Positions 58,371 through 64,000 of a stretch of 64,000 bases of DNA are shown here, one piece after another; positions within the stretch are counted from its first letter, which is position 1; each line of letters starts with the position of its first letter. Location: assembly GCF_000026545.1 (NCBI RefSeq), contig NC_011601.1. One strand, 5' to 3'. A model generated the notes under the pieces. It was not told the DNA's origin and did not search any database. It worked only from the letters and a program-made list of their open reading frames with translations. Position numbers and translations under genes: made by a program. This stretch comes from Escherichia coli O127:H6 str. E2348/69 (GTDB lineage Bacteria; Pseudomonadota; Gammaproteobacteria; Enterobacterales; Enterobacteriaceae).

Positions 58371-59506
58371 CAGAACACCCTTTTACCCTGACGCCAAACG
58401 TGGTCGATATGAATGTGGTTGCCCTTGCGATGCGCCAGCACCAGGTCGGCGCGTTTGCCCTCGCCAATCACCCCACGATCCTGGAGATTCAGTGCCTGGG
58501 CCGGGTTTTTGGTCACCAGCCTCACCGCCTGCGGCAGCGTAAAGCGGTTGCTCTGGTCATCGGCCACGCGAAACGCCGCATCCAGCAGGCTGGCGGGGTA
58601 GTAGTCGGAAGAGAGGATATCCAGCAGGCCAAGCTGCGCCAGTTCACTGGCCGCCACGTTGCCGGAGTGCGAACCGCCGCGCACGATATTCGGCGCGCCC
58701 ATCAGTACGTTCATGCCGTGCTTGCGCGAGGCTTCTGCCGCTTCGAATGTGGTAGGAAATTCGGCGATCACGCTGCCAAGCTGATGGGATTGGGCTACGT
58801 GGGCGTGCGTGGCGTCATCGTGGCTGGCGAGCGCAATGTGTCGCGCGCGGCACATTGCGGCGATGGATTCGCGATTCGGCTGTGACCAGCGTGCGGCGAG
58901 CGCCAGTTGCTCCTCTTCGTACTGTTGCATCTGCGCATCGGTGAGCGAGTATTTGCCCTGATAATATTCACGATATTTTTCGCGGTTGGCGAACTGGCGC
59001 TGGCCCGGTGAGTGATCCATCAGCGACACCAGCGTTACCGGTTCGCGCTGTACCAGTTTTTCAAACAGCGGCAGCGTGGTGTGATGCGGCAGTTCGCAGC
59101 GCAGGTGCAGACGGTGCTCGGCACGGTTGACGCCGCGTTTCTGCGTCTCTTCGATGGCGTTGATCATCTTCTCCAGATTCTCCAGCCGATCGCCGCCGTC
59201 GCGTACATCACCAATCGCCACGGCGTCCAGCACGGTGGTGATGCCGCTCGCCACCATCAGCGCGTCGTGGCTGCTCATCGCCGAGTGGGCAGGCCAGTCA
59301 ACTTTCGGGCGCGGGGTGAAGAATTTATCCAGATTATCGGTATGCAGCTCAATCAGCCCCGGTAGCAGCCAGCCGCCTTCGCCGTCCATTGCTTCTGACA
59401 GGTGACTCTGGCTTTCGGCAAAGGCGCGGATTTCGCCGTCCTGCATCTCCAGAGAACCGTGTACCACCTCGTTTTCCAGCACCAGTTTGACGTTATTGAT
59501 AATCAT
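58370..59506 (-). CDS. phnM: RPnTP diphosphatase PhnM (amidohydrolase fold)
   Basis: 378 aa. Confidence 0.92.
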   Translation of the reverse strand: MIINNVKLVLENEVVHGSLEMQDGEIRAFAESQSHLSEAMDGEGGWLLPGLIELHTDNLDKFFTPRPKVDWPAHSAMSSHDALMVASGITTVLDAVAIGDVRDGGDRLENLEKMINAIEETQKRGVNRAEHRLHLRCELPHHTTLPLFEKLVQREPVTLVSLMDHSPGQRQFANREKYREYYQGKYSLTDAQMQQYEEEQLALAARWSQPNRESIAAMCRARHIALASHDDATHAHVAQSHQLGSVIAEFPTTFEAAEASRKHGMNVLMGAPNIVRGGSHSGNVAASELAQLGLLDILSSDYYPASLLDAAFRVADDQSNRFTLPQAVRLVTKNPAQALNLQDRGVIGEGKRADLVLAHRKGNHIHIDHVWRQGKRVF

Positions 59507-60183
59507 GAAGAGACTCCCATTGGGTGCAGGCGGTCGGCGACTTGCTCGCGTACGGCTTCGTCATGGAAGATACCGACGATGGCCGCGCCGCGGGCTTTGG
59601 CTTTGCGGATCAGTTCCACTACGGCGGCGCTGTTTTTAGCGTCCAGCGAGGCGGTAGGTTCGTCGAGCAGCAGAATGGGGTAGTCGACGATAAAGCCGCG
59701 GGCGATGTTGACACGCTGTTGTTCGCCGCCGGAGAAGGTCGATGGTGCCAGGTGCCACAGACGTTCCGGCACGTTCAGGCGCGTGAGCAGACGCGCGGCT
59801 TTAGCGGCACAGGCTTCACGCGGTACGCCGGTATCGAGCAGCGGCTGCATCACCACTTCCAGTGCCGAAATACGCGGGATGACGCGCAGAAACTGGCTTA
59901 CCCAGCCGACAGTGGTTTTGCGGATCTCCACCACTTTGCGTGCTGGCGCGGTGACCAGGTCGACCCATTCATCACCGTGTTTGATCTGGATTTGCCCTTC
60001 GTCGGGTAGATAGTTGGCATACAGCGAGCGTAGCAAAGTTGATTTTCCACTGCCGGAATGGCCGTGGAGTACCACGCATTCGCCGGCGTTGACGGTGAGT
60101 GAGGCGCCTTGTAATACAGGCAGGCGCACGCCGTTTTGCTGGTGCAGGATAAAGGTTTTACTGACGTTTTGTACGTTAATCAT
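59503..60183 (-). CDS. phnL: C-P lyase system ATPase PhnL
   Basis: 226 aa from [11 protein letters not shown]; Walker [10 protein letters not shown]; track ORF extends upstream through a REP and is rejected. Confidence 0.92.
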   Translation of the reverse strand: MINVQNVSKTFILHQQNGVRLPVLQGASLTVNAGECVVLHGHSGSGKSTLLRSLYANYLPDEGQIQIKHGDEWVDLVTAPARKVVEIRKTTVGWVSQFLRVIPRISALEVVMQPLLDTGVPREACAAKAARLLTRLNVPERLWHLAPSTFSGGEQQRVNIARGFIVDYPILLLDEPTASLDAKNSAAVVELIRKAKARGAAIVGIFHDEAVREQVADRLHPMGVSS

Positions 60184-60200
60184 TTTTCGCCTCGTGGTTC

Positions 60201-60290
60201 GGGTGTCGGATGCGACGCTGATGCGTCTTATCCGACCTACGGGGAGCGCATTTGTAGGCCGGATAAGGTGTTTACGCCGCATCCGGCACC
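60201..60290. repeat. REP element between phnK and phnL
   Basis: GGATGCGACGCTGATGCGTCTTATCCGACCTAC ... TGTAGGCCGGATAAGG ... CGCATCCGGCA. Confidence 0.85.
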
Positions 60291-60293
60291 GGC

Positions 60294-61052
60294 TCAATTC
60301 TGCAAAACCGATGACACCAGCAACTGGGTATACGGATGGTGTGGGTCGTCGAGCACGCGGTCAGTTAACCCACTCTCCACCACTTTCCCTTGCTTCATTA
60401 CCAGCAAACGGTCCGCCAGCAGACGGGCGACGCCTAAATCGTGGGTGACAATCACTACCGCCAGGTTAAGCTCCATCACCAGACCGCGGAGCAGGTCCAG
60501 CAGGCGCGCCTGTACCGACACATCCAGCCCGCCAGTGGGTTCATCCATAAACACCAGCTTCGGATGCGTCACCAGGTTGCGGGCAATCTGCAAACGTTGC
60601 TGCATGCCGCCGGAAAAGGTGGTCGGCAGGTCGTCGATACGGTTAGCGGGAATCTCCACCTCTTCCAGCCACTTCTGCGCGGTGGCGCGAATATCGCCGT
60701 AATGACGCGCTCCGGTTGCCATCAACCGTTCGCCGATATTGCCGCCTGCCGACACCTGGCGGCGCAGGCCGTCAAGCGGATGCTGATGTACCACACCCCA
60801 TTCGGTGCGCAGCAGGCGACGGCGGTCGGCCTCGCTCATCGCATACAGCGAACGGTTCTCGTAGCGAATTTCCCCTTGCTGTGGCGTCAGGCGGGCGGAA
60901 ATTGATTTCAGTAGCGTGGTCTTCCCGGAACCGGACTCCCCAACAATGCCCAGAACTTCTCCCGGCCATAAATCAAAAGAGACATCGCTGAAACCTTTGC
61001 CCGGGGCATAAAGGTGGGTCAGGTTATTGACCGAAAGTAACGGTTGATTCAT
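60294..61052 (-). CDS. phnK: C-P lyase system ATPase PhnK
   Basis: 252 aa from [15 protein letters not shown]; Walker [10 protein letters not shown]. Confidence 0.92.
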   Translation of the reverse strand: MNQPLLSVNNLTHLYAPGKGFSDVSFDLWPGEVLGIVGESGSGKTTLLKSISARLTPQQGEIRYENRSLYAMSEADRRRLLRTEWGVVHQHPLDGLRRQVSAGGNIGERLMATGARHYGDIRATAQKWLEEVEIPANRIDDLPTTFSGGMQQRLQIARNLVTHPKLVFMDEPTGGLDVSVQARLLDLLRGLVMELNLAVVIVTHDLGVARLLADRLLVMKQGKVVESGLTDRVLDDPHHPYTQLLVSSVLQN

Positions 61053-61894
61053 TGGCTTTTGGCCTCGCTCTGTTGGCGGCAATAATCGGTATCGGAGCAG
61101 ACAAACATGCGGTTTCCGGCGTCATCCAGCACCACTTCATCAAGATAGCTGTGGGTCGATCCGCAGATGGCGCATGGTTCATCCCACTGCTGGACGGTGA
61201 ACGGATGATCATCGAAATCGAGGCTTTCCACGCGGGTAAACGGTGGCACGGCATAGATGCGCTTCTCGCGCCCCGCGCCAAACAGTTGCAGGGCGGGCAT
61301 CATGTCCATTTTCGGGTTATCGAATTTCGGGATCGGCGACGGGTCCATTACGTAGCGCCCGTTCACCTTCACCGGATAGGCGTAGGTGGTGGCGATATGA
61401 CCGAAGCGGGCGATATCTTCATACAGTTTCACCTGCATCACGCCGTACTCCTCCAGCGCGTGCATGGTGCGCGTTTCCGTCTCTCGCGGCTCAATAAAGC
61501 GCAGCGGTTCGGGGATCGGCACCTGGAAGATAACTATCTGATCTTCGGTCAGCGGCGTTTCGGGTATGCGGTGACGCGTCTGGATAAGTGTCGCATCGTC
61601 CGTGCGCTCGGTGGTGTTCACCCCGGTCACGCGCTTAAAGAAGTTACGAATCGACACGGCGTTGGTGGTGTCGTCTGCGCCCTGGTCAATCACCTTCAAC
61701 ACGTCGCTTTCGCCAATCACGCTGGCGGTGAGCTGAATGCCGCCGGTTCCCCAGCCGTAGGGCATCGGCATCTCGCGTCCGCCAAACGGCACCTGATAAC
61801 CGGGGATTGCCACCGCTTTTAAGATAGCGCGGCGGATCATGCGTTTGGTCTGCTCGTCGAGGTAAGCAAAGTTGTAGCCGCTCAGATTAGCCAT
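61049..61894 (-). CDS. phnJ: C-P lyase catalytic subunit PhnJ
   Basis: 281 aa from MANLSGYNFAYLDEQTKRMIRRAILKAV; four-Cys cluster near the C-terminus; track ORF start rejected. Confidence 0.92.
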   Translation of the reverse strand: MANLSGYNFAYLDEQTKRMIRRAILKAVAIPGYQVPFGGREMPMPYGWGTGGIQLTASVIGESDVLKVIDQGADDTTNAVSIRNFFKRVTGVNTTERTDDATLIQTRHRIPETPLTEDQIVIFQVPIPEPLRFIEPRETETRTMHALEEYGVMQVKLYEDIARFGHIATTYAYPVKVNGRYVMDPSPIPKFDNPKMDMMPALQLFGAGREKRIYAVPPFTRVESLDFDDHPFTVQQWDEPCAICGSTHSYLDEVVLDDAGNRMFVCSDTDYCRQQSEAKSQ

Positions 61895-62951
61895 GGTTCT
61901 GCTCCTGTTGCAGACGTTTGAGTAGCTCCAGTTCGGCCTGGAAATCGACGTAGTGCGGGAGTTTGAGATGCGAAACAAAGCCTGCGGCTTCGACGTTGTC
62001 GGCATGGGCCAGCACGAACTCTTCATCCTGTGCCGGACCTGTTGCGTACTCGCCGTATTCCGGTGCCTGCAACGCACGGTCAACCAGCGCCATCGCCATT
62101 GCTTTGCGCTCGCTCATGCCGAACACCAGCCCATAGCCGCGTGTAAAATGCGGTGGTTCATCCGGCGGGTCGATAAAACCGTTGACCATTTCACACTCGG
62201 TCATCAACAATTCGCCGACGTTCACCGCAAATCCCAGCTCTTCCGGCACAATAAATATATCGATATAGCCACTGCGAATTTCGCCTGCGAACGGGTGATT
62301 GCGCCCGTAACCGCGTTGGGTGGAGTAGGCCAGCGCCAACAAATAGCCTTCGTCACCGCGCATTAATTGTTGTAGACGGGAAGAACGCGAACAGGGATAA
62401 ACCGGCGGCGTGCGGGTGATGTCGTCCGGTTGTGCGCCGCTATCTTCTTCAAACTTCGCCAGCCCCTGACGCGCCAGCAGGCTGAAGACGTGTGGCGACG
62501 GTTGCTGTTCGCTGTCAGCGGTGGTCAGCGTTGGCGTTTCGCCGTTTGCCAGCAGGGTGAAATCGAGCAGGCGATGGGTGTAGTCGTAGGTGGGGCCAAG
62601 CAGTTGGCCGCCGGGAATGTCTTTATAAATTGCTGAAATACGCCGTTCTAGACGCATCCCGGTGGTGTCGAGCGGCTCACTGACCGCCAGCTTCGCCAGC
62701 GTGGTGCGGTAGGCGCGCAACAGGAAAATCGCTTCGACGTTATCGCCGCTGGCCTGTTTCAGCGCCAGCGCGGCCAGCTCGCGGTCGGCAATACCGCCTT
62801 CGGTCATCACGCGATCTACCGCGAGGTTAAGCTGCTGTTCAATCTGGGCGACGCTCAGTTCAGGCAAATCAGTATCGCCCCGGCGTCGGCTCTCTTGCAG
62901 GGCGTGGGCGGCGTCGATCGCCTTTTCGCCCCCTTTCACGGCAACGTACAT
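61887..62951 (-). CDS. phnI: C-P lyase core subunit PhnI
   Basis: About 354 aa from [12 protein letters not shown]; 1-nt TGATG overlap with phnH. Confidence 0.92.
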   Translation of the reverse strand: MYVAVKGGEKAIDAAHALQESRRRGDTDLPELSVAQIEQQLNLAVDRVMTEGGIADRELAALALKQASGDNVEAIFLLRAYRTTLAKLAVSEPLDTTGMRLERRISAIYKDIPGGQLLGPTYDYTHRLLDFTLLANGETPTLTTADSEQQPSPHVFSLLARQGLAKFEEDSGAQPDDITRTPPVYPCSRSSRLQQLMRGDEGYLLALAYSTQRGYGRNHPFAGEIRSGYIDIFIVPEELGFAVNVGELLMTECEMVNGFIDPPDEPPHFTRGYGLVFGMSERKAMAMALVDRALQAPEYGEYATGPAQDEEFVLAHADNVEAAGFVSHLKLPHYVDFQAELELLKRLQQEQNHG

Positions 62952-63535
62952 CAGCACACCTCCACATGAGTGGTTCGCGGAATAGCCAGCAGGCGCTCGC
63001 CGCAGGTCAGGATCAGGTCGATGCCGAGCGGGAACGGGTGCGGGCGCTCGGTAAGTTCATGAAGAATGCACTTTGGCAGTTGCGGGGCGATCATCCGTTC
63101 TTCGGCAATACCTGCGCCGGTGAGGCGCAACATACGCCCACCGCTCAGGCTGGTGACCTGTAAAATCAGCGTTGCGCCCGCTTCTGGTGCAACGGCAGTG
63201 CCGGTGGAAAGGGCGTTGAGCTGCTCGCTGGAGATCGCCTCATCTGTTACCGCGAAGGTCGCCTGTTTCGGCTGATTAACCAGCGGCGCGTTGGTATGAA
63301 AACGCAGGCTCTGATTGACGATATCGTTGCTCAATGGTGCGGCAAGCCACACCGGCGTGTCGTTATCGGCCAGCGTCAGCAGCACGCTGGTGGTGGCGAT
63401 ATTCAGCGGCTGCCAGCCGCGCTTGAGCTGATGCAGGGCGACAATCACGCCCGGCTCGCTCATGGCCTTTAACAGGCGACGAAAACTGTGCTGGGCATCC
63501 TGCACGGGAAGCATAAAAGCGGTTTCCAGGGTCAT
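62951..63535 (-). CDS. phnH: C-P lyase core subunit PhnH
   Basis: 194 aa; ATGA overlap with phnG. Confidence 0.92.
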   Translation of the reverse strand: MTLETAFMLPVQDAQHSFRRLLKAMSEPGVIVALHQLKRGWQPLNIATTSVLLTLADNDTPVWLAAPLSNDIVNQSLRFHTNAPLVNQPKQATFAVTDEAISSEQLNALSTGTAVAPEAGATLILQVTSLSGGRMLRLTGAGIAEERMIAPQLPKCILHELTERPHPFPLGIDLILTCGERLLAIPRTTHVEVC

Positions 63536-63984
63536 GCGTTGTCTCCGCGAACCATCGTAAAGAAGTCGACCCGGCTGGCGTTCACTTCGGCCTGACGCGC
63601 GGCAATGCGTGCCATACGGTTAGCGTCCAGCGGGGCAATAAGGGTTTCTGATAAGTTTTGAAAATGGCGGGTTTGCTGCATCAGCGCGTCAATCAGCGCG
63701 CAGCGTTCGGCGTGCTGTTTGTCGCGCCCCAGTACCCAGCTATAGCCGAGTGTGCCGTCAGTCAGACGCACGGCGGCGCGGGTGAGCGTGGCGTCGCCAG
63801 CAAAAAAGCGTTCGCCGGTGCCGCCCATTCGCGCCTGAATCTGCACCAGGCCAGTTTCAGCGGCGCGGATCACCTCATAATCGGCGTTGATGTTCAGCGC
63901 CTTCAGGCGGGCTGCCAGTTCAGCCGGTTGGCTGTGCGCCAGCACGGACATCCAGTGCTGGCGGGTCGCGGTATCTGCGTGCAT
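63532..63984 (-). CDS. phnG: C-P lyase core subunit PhnG
   Basis: 150 aa; start at 63984, 16 nt from the window end. Confidence 0.9.
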   Translation of the reverse strand: MHADTATRQHWMSVLAHSQPAELAARLKALNINADYEVIRAAETGLVQIQARMGGTGERFFAGDATLTRAAVRLTDGTLGYSWVLGRDKQHAERCALIDALMQQTRHFQNLSETLIAPLDANRMARIAARQAEVNASRVDFFTMVRGDNA

Positions 63985-64000
63985 TCAGTGCTCCATAGTG

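Noticed and set aside
60184-60297. N-terminal extension of the phnL ORF ([11 protein letters not shown]...)
   Set aside because: The extension is translated REP sequence; the real start is ATG at 60183 ([11 protein letters not shown])
61052-61822. 256-aa plus-strand ORF
   Set aside because: Antisense to phnJ

Overview
This window reads as a largely conserved Escherichia coli chromosomal segment (aphA-yjbQR-uvrA / ssb-yjcB-pdeC-soxSR-ghxP-yjcE-actP-yjcH-acs / nrfABCDEFG-gltP-yjcO / fdhF-mdtPON-ytcA-yjcS-alsKECAB-rpiR / rpiB-yjdP / phnPONMLKJIHG), with coding density near 90% and every long ORF accounted for. Gene names come from my recognition of the translated proteins and of K-12 gene order; no database search was possible. 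Three differences from the K-12 layout stand out: (1) positions 1-8092 carry an accessory island with SucC/SucD paralogues, an anion transporter, an Ldh2-family dehydrogenase and a sigma-54-type two-component system, which I believe is the KguS/KguR alpha-ketoglutarate utilisation island described in uropathogenic E. coli; (2) a five-gene peptide/opine-type ABC importer operon (34178-39248) sits between yjcO and fdhF; (3) yjcF appears absent between yjcE and actP. I found no CRISPR array, IS element, integrase, prophage gene, tRNA or rRNA, and nothing I could defend as a wholly undescribed system. The most interesting leads are the two accessory loci and their putative control elements: a sigma-54 promoter with an upstream palindrome in front of the island transporter, and a palindrome upstream of the ABC operon. 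Known regulatory landmarks (SoxR operator, LexA box, fdhF selenocysteine UGA with SECIS, fdhF sigma-54 promoter, REP/BIME clusters) are visible directly in the sequence. CDS coordinates include the stop codon; several starts were moved off the supplied ORF track where the track used TTG/GTG or an upstream in-frame extension.
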